Source: Candidatus Aenigmatarchaeota archaeon (GTDB lineage: Archaea; Aenigmatarchaeota; Aenigmatarchaeia; QMZP01). From it: 25,952 nt of DNA. Positions 15,554 to 24,066 of this stretch are shown here, piece by piece. Location of the stretch: the NCBI GenBank assembly GCA_039091855.1, contig JAWCLA010000005.1, positions 3,361 to 29,312 on the forward strand. Direction: 5' to 3'. Below the pieces are notes generated by a model that ran no database searches, was not told the DNA's origin, and saw only the letters and a list, made by a program, of their open reading frames with translations. The translations under genes were made by a program, and so were the position numbers. The first letter of the stretch is position 1, and each line of letters begins with the position of its first letter.

Positions 15554-17805
15554 CCTTTTTTTGCAATGGCTGATTTAATCCACTTCGTCCATTGGTTATA
15601 AATCCTGTCTGGCTCCGCTGCCCCTGTTTCCTCCCTTAACTGTTCCTGTATGAGATGGAACATCTGGTTTGACTTTACAACCCAAGGGGCTTCAAGGATG
15701 TCAGGGTTTTTTGTCTTTTCTGAAATCTCCACCATGGTTTGCTTTATCTTTGCCCTCAGCTGTATGTTCTCCCAAACCGCTTCCCAGTCCCCGCTCCACT
15801 CCTTTACATAAGATGCAATCCTGTTAAGGATTTCTGATTCCCCATTCAGAAAGGTTGATGTCGGCTTCAACGTGTCCTCCTTGCCTGAGTATTCCATAAG
15901 ATTGACAAAGGCTCCCTCCTTGGTGGGATTTTTTTCCCACTCCTTTCTGACCTCGGTAATCTCTGTCATTCTCCTGAACCTGTGCATGCCGTCCGCAGAG
16001 CGAAGTGACTTGCATATGGGGATTATGTCAGTTGCCTTGAAAGAGGTTGGTGGGACACCGAGGTCGTTTACGACCCTGTCATACACTCCGTAAGCTGATT
16101 CTCCGTGTATTGTCCCTGCAACCACATTTGACAAGGCGCCTATCCTCATTGCCTCGTAAAGGGTTTTTGCCTCCACAGACCTGACCTCGCCAACTATAAG
16201 GGCAGAGTCACCAAGCCTCAGGGCGGTCCTCAATGCCTCGTCAGCAGGCATCTCTGTCTCCACCCTTGTTATCACAGAACGGGATTTCAGCCTTTCAATG
16301 TTGTAGTGGAGTTCTTTCAGCTGATCAACCGGAAGTTCTAACGTGTCCTCGATAGTAACTATCCTTGTTTTTGGAAGCATCTCCAGCATAAGAGAGCCTA
16401 ACACAGATGTTTTTCCTGCACCCCTTCCTCCCGCAACCAGAATGCTGACAGCACCATCAACGAGGAATGAAAGCAACCCCGCTGCAAGAGGATTAAGCAT
16501 CTTTGTCTTTATGAAAAGCGGAAGCGTCCAGGGCCTGTCCCTGTGCCTTCTTATGGCAAAACCTATGCCGTGGGGAGAAAGCGTCCTTGTTATTACACAA
16601 AACCTCGCGTTTCCTCCTGGGACGCCAACATCCGTGTCCAATACAGGATTCGCCTCGTCCAAAGGCCTTCCTGAATGAATCCTTAGTCTCGTTGCCCAGC
16701 TTTCGGCATCCTCCATGCTCGGTATAAGGTTGGTCTTGCACTCTTCCCAGTCCTGATGATATATCATTATGGGCTGGTTTTCGACAGGAGAGTTAACATA
16801 AATGTCCTGTATCTTCTCGTCAGCCAGGAGGATTTCAAGTACACCCAATCCTGCTGTGTATCGGGTGAGTATTGTCGCTATTTCTTCTATGTCAGCCAGG
16901 CTTAGCGATATGCCCATGCTGTCTGCCATCTCCCTTATCATATCCTTTCCTATGCTGTAGAATATGTCCCTGACGTTCTTGGATTTAACGAACTCGACGC
17001 TTTTTGGCCTGTGAGCTGCCATGTATTTCCTTGCAGCGTCCAAAACAGAATATTTCTCCTCAGATAGCTTGAATTCCGGGGGTATTACATGGTAAAAGTA
17101 ACCCGCATGACCAGGGACCTTGAAAATCTCCACATCCGTTTTACCTACCTTGTACCTGTCGACAGACCTGCCGCCTTCCGGAGGGGCAATCATATACCTG
17201 GTAAGCATGAAATTCGGGCGCACGCTCGGGCTGAATATCTGCCTGTAAAGAGACCTGTCACCTATATGGTAGCCAGCTATGTGTGGTTTTGCCAATGTTA
17301 TGAGCTTTGTTGACTCGAGCTTTTTTCTCAGAACCTCGAGGATGTTGTCCCTGTAATGGACAAGGCAGTCATAACATTTACTGCTTGTTGCCTTCTTAAT
17401 CTTTATGTTTACTATCCTTATTTCCCTAACAAGCTCAACATAAGCCCCTATCGGGTCTCTCCTTAGAAGGTCTATCACTATCTCGTGAAGCTTTGACATC
17501 CTTCCTGGATAGCATTTCTCGCATTCCGCTATGTTGATGTTCTTTCTTGATATCAGCCTGCTCCTTATCACCTCTTCAATAACCCTCGCTATCTCAACGA
17601 GCATTCTTGTCTGCTCGTAATCATACTCATATTCGCGGTTTTTTGCGAGAACAATGGTGTTTACCTTCTTGACCTCAAGCAGCTTGTCTATCGTTCTTGC
17701 CATGCACTCTTCGAAATCCTCTATCGAGGCTCCGAATAAACAACCGATGCAGTTTACCCTTAGTTTCATCCGCTCTTCATCATACTCATAGTCGCAAACA
17801 GCCAC
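15547..17805 (-). CDS. Type IV pilus/archaellum/secretion ATPase (FlaI/TadA/VirB11 family) with Cys-rich N-terminus
   Basis: Walker A GGRGAGKT, TIEDTLEL, ALRLGDSALIVGEVRS, GTIHGES. GTG start. Confidence 0.92.
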   Translation of the reverse strand: MAVCDYEYDEERMKLRVNCIGCLFGASIEDFEECMARTIDKLLEVKKVNTIVLAKNREYEYDYEQTRMLVEIARVIEEVIRSRLISRKNINIAECEKCYPGRMSKLHEIVIDLLRRDPIGAYVELVREIRIVNIKIKKATSSKCYDCLVHYRDNILEVLRKKLESTKLITLAKPHIAGYHIGDRSLYRQIFSPSVRPNFMLTRYMIAPPEGGRSVDRYKVGKTDVEIFKVPGHAGYFYHVIPPEFKLSEEKYSVLDAARKYMAAHRPKSVEFVKSKNVRDIFYSIGKDMIREMADSMGISLSLADIEEIATILTRYTAGLGVLEILLADEKIQDIYVNSPVENQPIMIYHQDWEECKTNLIPSMEDAESWATRLRIHSGRPLDEANPVLDTDVGVPGGNARFCVITRTLSPHGIGFAIRRHRDRPWTLPLFIKTKMLNPLAAGLLSFLVDGAVSILVAGGRGAGKTSVLGSLMLEMLPKTRIVTIEDTLELPVDQLKELHYNIERLKSRSVITRVETEMPADEALRTALRLGDSALIVGEVRSVEAKTLYEAMRIGALSNVVAGTIHGESAYGVYDRVVNDLGVPPTSFKATDIIPICKSLRSADGMHRFRRMTEITEVRKEWEKNPTKEGAFVNLMEYSGKEDTLKPTSTFLNGESEILNRIASYVKEWSGDWEAVWENIQLRAKIKQTMVEISEKTKNPDILEAPWVVKSNQMFHLIQEQLREETGAAEPDRIYNQWTKWIKSAIAKKGY

Positions 17806-17928
17806 GTGTCACACCCCAAAATAACAAGTATTTGAATATTTATTACTCGGCTGACTAATATAATATATTGCCGCTGAAACATTTTCTGATTTGATGGTTT
17901 CAGCTGTATGGAATGTTTTAGTGATAAA

Positions 17929-18321
17929 ATGCCTGCTCAAAAAAAGCCAAAAACCATTGGAATGATAATAAACGAGATTGTGGAAAGGCTGAACAGCGAC
18001 ACGCAGAGGCTCAGGGTTCTCGAGCAGTCCTATGACTCGGTTAATGAAAGGGTGAATATGATTGAGCAGGCAATCCTGCAGAACAAAAGGGAAATGTTGA
18101 AGTCATTCTCGTCTCTGGATACTAAACTATCAGCCCTTGATGACAGGATTACAAGAGTGGAAAATACGATAAAGGAAATTGTGGAAAGGGTTAAAAAGCT
18201 CGCAACCACAGCCGAGTTGAAGGAGCTGGAAAGCCTCATAGAGATATACAATCCCGTAAAATCAAACTTTGTCACAAGGGAGGAGCTTGACAAAATACTG
18301 AAGGAAAGGAAGAAACAATAA
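17929..18321 (+). CDS. Coiled-coil hypothetical protein
   Basis: Heptad-rich charged ORF ending ELESLIEIYNPVKSNFVTREE. Divergent from the ATPase. Alternative start at 17908. Confidence 0.75.
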   Translation: MPAQKKPKTIGMIINEIVERLNSDTQRLRVLEQSYDSVNERVNMIEQAILQNKREMLKSFSSLDTKLSALDDRITRVENTIKEIVERVKKLATTAELKELESLIEIYNPVKSNFVTREELDKILKERKKQ

Positions 18322-18412
18322 CATTACATAAACATTACGTATGTAAATAATATATAGCGCGAATCCAAAATTATTACAATATGGTGGCAGTTCACAAAAT
18401 TGCGTGATTGGG

Positions 18413-19345
18413 ATGAAGCTTTTGTCTTTTGGAAAGAAAAAACATACCCCTGCAATGCCTTCACCCACGGAGCGTGTTATTTCCCTTTCTTCACAGGGGC
18501 TTTCCGAACCAGAGATAATACAGGTTATGAAGGAGGAGGGTTACACTCCTGTCCAGGTTGATAATGCACTTAAAGAGGCTTTGAGAGGGGCTGCTACAGG
18601 CTCAGGATATGGTATGCAAGCTCCCCAACCAAGATATGCACCTGTCCCTTCTCCAAGAGAATACTACCAGCCCCCTGTCCCGAGAAAAACAATGCACCCT
18701 GCGTACGCAGAGTCTAATGAGCCATATCCCCAAGAGGAATATCAGCCACAGGCTCATCCAAGGGCGTACTCAAAAATAGAACCCTCTGTACCAGAGCCCC
18801 CGCTTGATTTTGAGGATTTCAAGAGGTCAAACAGTAGTCTGGGTTTTCCTGAGATACCAACACCCGAAAAAGAGCCTGTGCGCGAAATTCCTTCCATCAG
18901 GCCTAAAAGATTTGCGCCTGAGGAAACAGAAGAGGAAATGGAGGAAGAGGAGGAATTCAGGCCGCTTCCGAGGATAAGAAGGGAGAGAACGAGAAGCGAA
19001 GTCAGGGAGGAAAGGAAGCGCGCATTCGAGGAGCTGGCAGAAAGCGTTGTGGAGGAGAAATGGGCTGACTTCAGGAAAAGGATAGGAGAGATAAACAGCA
19101 GGTTTCAGGAAATAAATGAAAGGGTGTCTGCACTTGAGGAAAAGATATCCCAAATGCAGGGAGAGAAGAGGACAGATGTGGTGGAAATAGAGCAGAAATT
19201 AGACTCCTACAAGCATACAATGGACGAGATAGACACGAGGATGGAGGCTATCGAAAAGGCAATGAAGGACAGCCTTACCCCAATGATGCAGACCCTAAGG
19301 AGCCTTTCGGAAACGATAAAGGCACTGAAAGAGAGGAAGGGCTGA
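18413..19345 (+). CDS. Hypothetical protein: small helical N-domain, Pro/Glu-rich linker, C-terminal coiled coil
   Basis: About 310-codon ORF: QGLSEPEIIQVMKEEGY..QVDNAL, low-complexity middle, FEELAESVVEEKW then coiled coil. Confidence 0.8.
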   Translation: MKLLSFGKKKHTPAMPSPTERVISLSSQGLSEPEIIQVMKEEGYTPVQVDNALKEALRGAATGSGYGMQAPQPRYAPVPSPREYYQPPVPRKTMHPAYAESNEPYPQEEYQPQAHPRAYSKIEPSVPEPPLDFEDFKRSNSSLGFPEIPTPEKEPVREIPSIRPKRFAPEETEEEMEEEEEFRPLPRIRRERTRSEVREERKRAFEELAESVVEEKWADFRKRIGEINSRFQEINERVSALEEKISQMQGEKRTDVVEIEQKLDSYKHTMDEIDTRMEAIEKAMKDSLTPMMQTLRSLSETIKALKERKG

Positions 19346-19374
19346 CAGAATCTCTTTTGTCTAGAAATTGTTTT

Positions 19375-19905
19375 TTATTTAGGTTTCTCTTCCTTTGGTT
19401 TCTCTTCGCCCTGTGTCATAAACCACATCGCAAGGGCTATTATTATGATTACTATTATGAAGGTTGTGAAGTCAGAGTTTACTATGAAAGATGGAACGTT
19501 TATGAACCAACCACCGCCAGCCCCGAAAAACACTATTATTCCGATTAGTATTATCGCGAAAATAAGGAACCACTTCATATAAGTTCCACTGAAAACCTCG
19601 TGCAACCTGAATCCTGCCAATCCTAACAGTATTGCTATCACGAGTATTCCTGAAGCAACAACAAGCGTTGTTCCGCCAAGGGATGCGAAGAAGCCAACAA
19701 TCATAGGCTCTGAGCTTGCGTAAAGCATCACAAAGAATGAGAGAATGATTGAAATCAGCCCAACAGGACCTTTCTTTAGTTTATCACCTAAAGCGTATGA
19801 AAGGGTTCCGTAAATTACTGCCAGAGCAAGAAGGAACGGGAACAAGTATTGGAATAGTCCAAGGTTCTGCATCGAATTGACAAACGTGTTGAAATCAAAA
19901 GCCAT
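19375..19905 (-). CDS. Multi-pass membrane protein (paralog A)
   Basis: About five hydrophobic helices, LGLFQYLFPFLLALAVIYGTL. TTTATAAA at 19928-19935 suggests its own leaderless promoter. Confidence 0.8.
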   Translation of the reverse strand: MAFDFNTFVNSMQNLGLFQYLFPFLLALAVIYGTLSYALGDKLKKGPVGLISIILSFFVMLYASSEPMIVGFFASLGGTTLVVASGILVIAILLGLAGFRLHEVFSGTYMKWFLIFAIILIGIIVFFGAGGGWFINVPSFIVNSDFTTFIIVIIIIALAMWFMTQGEEKPKEEKPK

Positions 19906-19936
19906 ATTATTTTATTGTCCGCAAAGGTTTATAAAG

Positions 19937-20443
19937 TTACTTTGATTGCGTTATGAACCAGGCGGAAAAGCCGAGTATTGCAAGAAGCATCGCTATCGTA
20001 AGTATTTCTGTGCTTTCCAGGAAGTTCGTCCCGAATATTGCCGCTCCTGCGGAAACGGCGAATATTATTATACCTATCAAAAAAATCGAGCCCGTGAACA
20101 CCCACTTTGCCTTCTCGTTCTTTGTTATGTCCTCGAACTTTATGCCTATCAGCCCGAGAAGTATTATTATTCCGAGAAGCCCTGCTGCCACTATCAAAGT
20201 GAAGCCAAACGCATTTCCGAAGAAAACCACAATCCTAGGATTCCACAGAGAGAAAAGCATAACGAAAAGTCCCATAACTATGGATATCAAAGCCCTTGCG
20301 GACTTCTCAAGCTGCTTCTCCATAGCGTAAGAAAGCACACCATAAGTTAATGCAAGCGTAAGAAGGAATGGAAAAAGGTAAAGGAATATTCCCATTTTCT
20401 CGAGCCCGAGAATCATTGGCGGAAAGGGATTGGTTAATGCCAT
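19937..20443 (-). CDS. Multi-pass membrane protein (paralog B)
   Basis: Start reassigned to MALTNPF (20443) by collinearity with paralog A (MGIFLYLFPFLLTLALTYGVLSYA). Confidence 0.8.
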   Translation of the reverse strand: MALTNPFPPMILGLEKMGIFLYLFPFLLTLALTYGVLSYAMEKQLEKSARALISIVMGLFVMLFSLWNPRIVVFFGNAFGFTLIVAAGLLGIIILLGLIGIKFEDITKNEKAKWVFTGSIFLIGIIIFAVSAGAAIFGTNFLESTEILTIAMLLAILGFSAWFITQSK

Positions 20444-20446
20444 ACA

Positions 20447-20543
20447 TTTCGCCTTGCAACAATTCAATTTGCCGTTTTTTAACTTCCTGACTTGACGGAG
20501 AAGGCAGTTACACTGCCTTCCAATTGCACTTCGCCTTGTGACA
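20447..20543 (-). repeat. Third, diverged copy (plus partial fourth) of the structured leader element found upstream of nrdR-nrdD
   Basis: + strand TTTCGCCT-tgca-ACAATTCAAT-20 nt-GACTTGACGG-a-GAAGGcagt-tac-actgCCTTC (20447-20520), then after 8 nt cTTCGCCTtgTGACA. Confidence 0.85.
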
Positions 20544-20634
20544 GGTTTTCTATTCAATAATATTTGTGAATGTAGGCTTATATTTCTTGATTTCAAAATC
20601 CAAAGATTTACAATAAGCCATTCTATTGTATATT

Positions 20635-21162
20635 TCAACCTTTGCCTTTGTGCCTCAGTCCCCTTGCCTTCTTTCCCGCTGATGTCAAGCCACGGAAAAC
20701 CCTACCTTTCTGGTTTTTTCTTGCTATCCAGTTTATGTTCTTGTCTGCCTTTATTGAGGGGTGGTTCGGGTCAACCAGTATGCACTCGTACCACTTGTTT
20801 TTTCCGTCCTCGCCAACCCAGTAGGAGTTTAGGACACGAAGGTTTGGGAATTTTCTTGCTGCCCTTTCCTCTGCAACGACCTGCCAGGATTTCCCCAAGG
20901 GATAAAACCTTCCTGATGCCTTTGGCCTCCTTCCTCCTGCGGGCTTTGGTGTTTTTCTCCTTCCCCTAGGGACCTTGACCCTGACAACAACAAATCCCTG
21001 CTTCGCCTTGTAGCCAAGCTCCCTTGCCCTTCCAATCCTTGTGGGCTTTTCTATCCTCTGAATGGATTTCTCCTTTCTCCACTGGACAAGCATATTCTTC
21101 CAGTTCGGCATTTCCTTCGGGGTTTTCCAAAGTTTTTCCATCTGCCTGTAAGCGCTTTCCAT
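20635..21162 (-). CDS. rpl15e: 50S ribosomal protein L15e
   Basis: [72 protein letters not shown]. Start MESAY at 21162. Confidence 0.97.
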   Translation of the reverse strand: MESAYRQMEKLWKTPKEMPNWKNMLVQWRKEKSIQRIEKPTRIGRARELGYKAKQGFVVVRVKVPRGRRKTPKPAGGRRPKASGRFYPLGKSWQVVAEERAARKFPNLRVLNSYWVGEDGKNKWYECILVDPNHPSIKADKNINWIARKNQKGRVFRGLTSAGKKARGLRHKGKG

Positions 21163-21269
21163 AAAACCACGCTTATAAAATTGGAACAATCAACATATTT
21201 AACCTTAACAGCGATATTTATTGCAATAAATATATAAATGAAACGCTATAAATTATAAGTGATGAAAAT

Positions 21270-21557
21270 ATGAATGCAGCAGTAAAAATTCTTATAGGGC
21301 TTGTCTTCATAGCAATCGGCCTTGTACTGCTAATAGACTCGGTCATACCAATTATGGGAACAGCAGGAACATTAGGAATAAACTGGTTCAACAATCTCAT
21401 AATAGTTCTTACGGGTGTGATTCCGGCATTCCTTATACTGCTCGGTCTTTTCGTGGTATGGCTTGAGATAGACGAGATAAAGGCCGAAAGGGAATTGAAG
21501 AGGGAAGAGGAGAAGGCGAAAAAGGAAGAAGAGAAGGCAAAGAAAAAGAAGAAGTGA
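21270..21557 (+). CDS. Small two-TM membrane protein with Lys/Glu-rich tail
   Basis: Two hydrophobic helices, GLFVVWLEIDE, charged tail. TATA-like sequence upstream and oligo-T downstream. Confidence 0.8.
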   Translation: MNAAVKILIGLVFIAIGLVLLIDSVIPIMGTAGTLGINWFNNLIIVLTGVIPAFLILLGLFVVWLEIDEIKAERELKREEEKAKKEEEKAKKKKK

Positions 21558-21600
21558 TTTCTTCCTTTATTTTTTCAAATTTCTTTTTTAGTTTTGTTTA
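21558..21600 (+). terminator. Oligo-T archaeal terminator
   Basis: Several T runs immediately after the stop codon. Confidence 0.5.
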
Positions 21601-21690
21601 TGGTTTTTAGCAAGTCTGCAATTACGACAATAAGGAAGATTTTTGTGCCAACTTTAAATAGAAGTGCAAGCCAAAATAAAAGTTGATTTT

Positions 21691-22569
21691 ATGGTGGAGT
21701 TGGTCGCGCCAGGGCACACTACTTGTGCAGGTTGTGGAATGATAATAGCAATAAGACAAATCTCAAAAGGTTGCCCTGATGAAGTCATAGTTTCCAACGC
21801 GACATCCTGCCTTGAGGTCACCACTTCTGCCTATCCGCAAACCTCTTGGAAAGTCCCCTGGATACATTGCGCTTTTGAGACTGCCTCATCAACAGCGAGC
21901 GGAATAGAGGCAGCCATAAGAAAACTAAAAAAGCCATGGAAGGTTCTGTCCATAGCAGGAGATGGCGGGACATTTGACATAGGGCTTCAGGCGATATCAG
22001 GCACCCTTGAAAGAGGGCAAAAAGTCACGCACATCTGCGTTGACAACGAGGCATACATGAACACGGGCATACAGAGATCTGGAGCCACACCTCACTTTGC
22101 CTGGACAACTACATCTCCAACAGGGAAAAAGTCCCCGGGAAAACTGCAGAACAAGAAGCCGATAGTCGAGATTTTCGCTGCGCACAGGATTCCTTATGCA
22201 GCCTCTGCATCAATAGCTTTTCCCTCTGACCTTGTGCAGAAGGTAAAGAAGGCGTTTGAAAAGCAGCCGTCCTTTGTTCACATCCACTGCCCCTGCCCTC
22301 CTGGGTGGAAGATACAGGAATCTGACACGGTGAAGCTCGCGAGACTGGCTGTTGAAACAGGAATGTGGGTTCTTTACGAGATAGAGGACGGCAAGCTGAA
22401 GATAACCAAAAGGCTAGCGAACAGGAAGCCTGTTCAGGAGTATCTTTCCCTTCAGGGAAGGTTCAAGCACCTAACCCCGGAACAGGTAAGGGAGATTCAG
22501 GAAATTGTTGACAAAAGGTGGGAAGAACTTGAATCACGGGAGAAATCCGGGCTGAGATTTTTGTATTAG
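21691..22569 (+). CDS. porB: Pyruvate/2-oxoacid:ferredoxin oxidoreductase beta subunit
   Basis: PGHTTCAGCG, ATSCLEV, GDGGTFDIG...DNEAYMNTGIQRS (TPP motif), CPCPPGW. Confidence 0.92.
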   Translation: MVELVAPGHTTCAGCGMIIAIRQISKGCPDEVIVSNATSCLEVTTSAYPQTSWKVPWIHCAFETASSTASGIEAAIRKLKKPWKVLSIAGDGGTFDIGLQAISGTLERGQKVTHICVDNEAYMNTGIQRSGATPHFAWTTTSPTGKKSPGKLQNKKPIVEIFAAHRIPYAASASIAFPSDLVQKVKKAFEKQPSFVHIHCPCPPGWKIQESDTVKLARLAVETGMWVLYEIEDGKLKITKRLANRKPVQEYLSLQGRFKHLTPEQVREIQEIVDKRWEELESREKSGLRFLY

Positions 22570-23093
22570 CGGTTCTTCTCAAAATATCTGTCCACTGGAA
22601 CAGGATTTTCAATATTTGGCTGTGGAAAATTCTCAAACGGGTCATCCCTGTAAGAGCCAAACGCCTTGTTCATATATTCATTAAAATGTTTTGAGTCAAG
22701 GTCCGACTCAACAGTAAGGTCTTTTGCCTCTTCTTGACAAACCACGGGCATAAATGTCTGGTTCCTATCCACTATGACGCACACAGGAAGCCCGTTTGAA
22801 ATGTCTTCTGCAACTATTCCCAATTCTTCTGTTCTCTTTTTAATCGAGTTAAAAAGCGACTGCTGGTTTTTGCTGAACTTTTCCATATAGTTTTTGCCTG
22901 CATATTTTTCCAGAAGATGCCTTGAAACTAGATATATGCTTTTTATTTCCCCTGATGCAAATCTTTCCGTGAAAGGCAAAAAGCATTCGTCTATTTTTAT
23001 TGGGTCAAGCCTCCCTTCCGAAAGCATAAAGTAAACATCCTCTCCGTATTTTTTCTTGAAATTTTCAATTAATATGTGATAATTTTTTGCCAT
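22566..23093 (-). CDS. Hypothetical protein
   Basis: About 175-aa ORF just downstream of the TrmB gene, with a GAGGT RBS. No recognised motif. Confidence 0.6.
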   Translation of the reverse strand: MAKNYHILIENFKKKYGEDVYFMLSEGRLDPIKIDECFLPFTERFASGEIKSIYLVSRHLLEKYAGKNYMEKFSKNQQSLFNSIKKRTEELGIVAEDISNGLPVCVIVDRNQTFMPVVCQEEAKDLTVESDLDSKHFNEYMNKAFGSYRDDPFENFPQPNIENPVPVDRYFEKNR

Positions 23094-23105
23094 AAGAAAC
23101 AACCT

Positions 23106-23915
23106 CTAACCAGCCTTCTTGAACGCAGAGCCGGAATCCCATATCTGTTTGAAAATGGGCTGTGCTATGCTTGAAACAAGGTGCGGCGAATTTGCCCAGA
23201 AAACGGTGTCCTGCGTCTCATGGACCTTCTTGTCATCCGTTAGAGCCATCATAACGTGCTCGTCATCAACAGTAACCATTCTTCCAGAAGGCTGCTTTAT
23301 GTTCCTGAGTTCTGCTATTTCTGCAAAAGCCCTTGCCGCCTCTGTGTTTGAAAGCGGGGCGGCAATCCTGAGCTTGACTCCTGACTTTCCGATTTTCTTT
23401 AGAATCCTGTAATGCCTGTTGTAAAGGACATCAAATCCCTGCTCTGTCGTGACAATGTTTATGCTCTTCTTTGCAGACTTGAATATGGACTGTAGTTGCC
23501 TGTCTATTATGAACCTTCCCTTAAGCGTTCCTATCATGTCTGCCGGCTCGACCAGGTTCAGTCCTTCCCTGTAAATCCTTTCCATATCCTTTACCACAGA
23601 GGAGTTCTTGAGCTTCTCTATCCTCTCTATCATTTCCTCTTGTTTCTTTCTTATGTTTTCCTGAAGCCTGTCCAGGGCATCTTTTGGAGCAAGAGCCATA
23701 TACTTTATGGGTTTGGAAGGCTGGAATACCACAAAGCCCTTCTCAACAAGCGATTCAAGAACATCGTAAGAGCGCGACCTCGGTACATTAGCTATCTCAG
23801 AAACCTCTGCCGCGGTAGCCACTCCCTTGGCTAACAATGCCACAAAAATCTTCCTCTCGTAAAGGTTCAGTCCTATGCTTTTTAGCGCGTCCAAAACCTC
23901 TGTTGTTCCTACCAT
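23106..23915 (-). CDS. TrmB-family transcriptional regulator
   Basis: LKSIGLNLYE...ATAAEVSEIANVPRSRSYDVLESL.EKG winged HTH, coiled coil, PLD-like effector domain. Confidence 0.9.
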   Translation of the reverse strand: MVGTTEVLDALKSIGLNLYERKIFVALLAKGVATAAEVSEIANVPRSRSYDVLESLVEKGFVVFQPSKPIKYMALAPKDALDRLQENIRKKQEEMIERIEKLKNSSVVKDMERIYREGLNLVEPADMIGTLKGRFIIDRQLQSIFKSAKKSINIVTTEQGFDVLYNRHYRILKKIGKSGVKLRIAAPLSNTEAARAFAEIAELRNIKQPSGRMVTVDDEHVMMALTDDKKVHETQDTVFWANSPHLVSSIAQPIFKQIWDSGSAFKKAG

Positions 23916-24066
23916 ACAACCACTTAATTATGGGATATTCTATTTAAAAATCTATTAGTTAGTGATAAATTTTGATGGGTTTGATTTATAAATGCGTGAT
24001 GTAAAAAAAGAAAGATATATAAATTTTTGCTATCATAAAGTGATTACAAATTATTCCGGAATCATA

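Noticed and set aside
18322-18346. Short repeat and palindrome ACATTACATA/ACATTACGTA-TGTAA between the coiled-coil genes
   Set aside because: Short, AT-rich and single-locus, so it cannot be distinguished from chance.
20444-20638. 65-aa N-terminal extension of the 233-aa membrane ORF
   Set aside because: It reads through the leader element and overlaps the rpl15e stop. The paralog aligns only from MALTNPF.
21001-21010. CTTCGCCTTG match to the leader element inside rpl15e
   Set aside because: It encodes the conserved YKAKQ peptide and none of the other element blocks are present.
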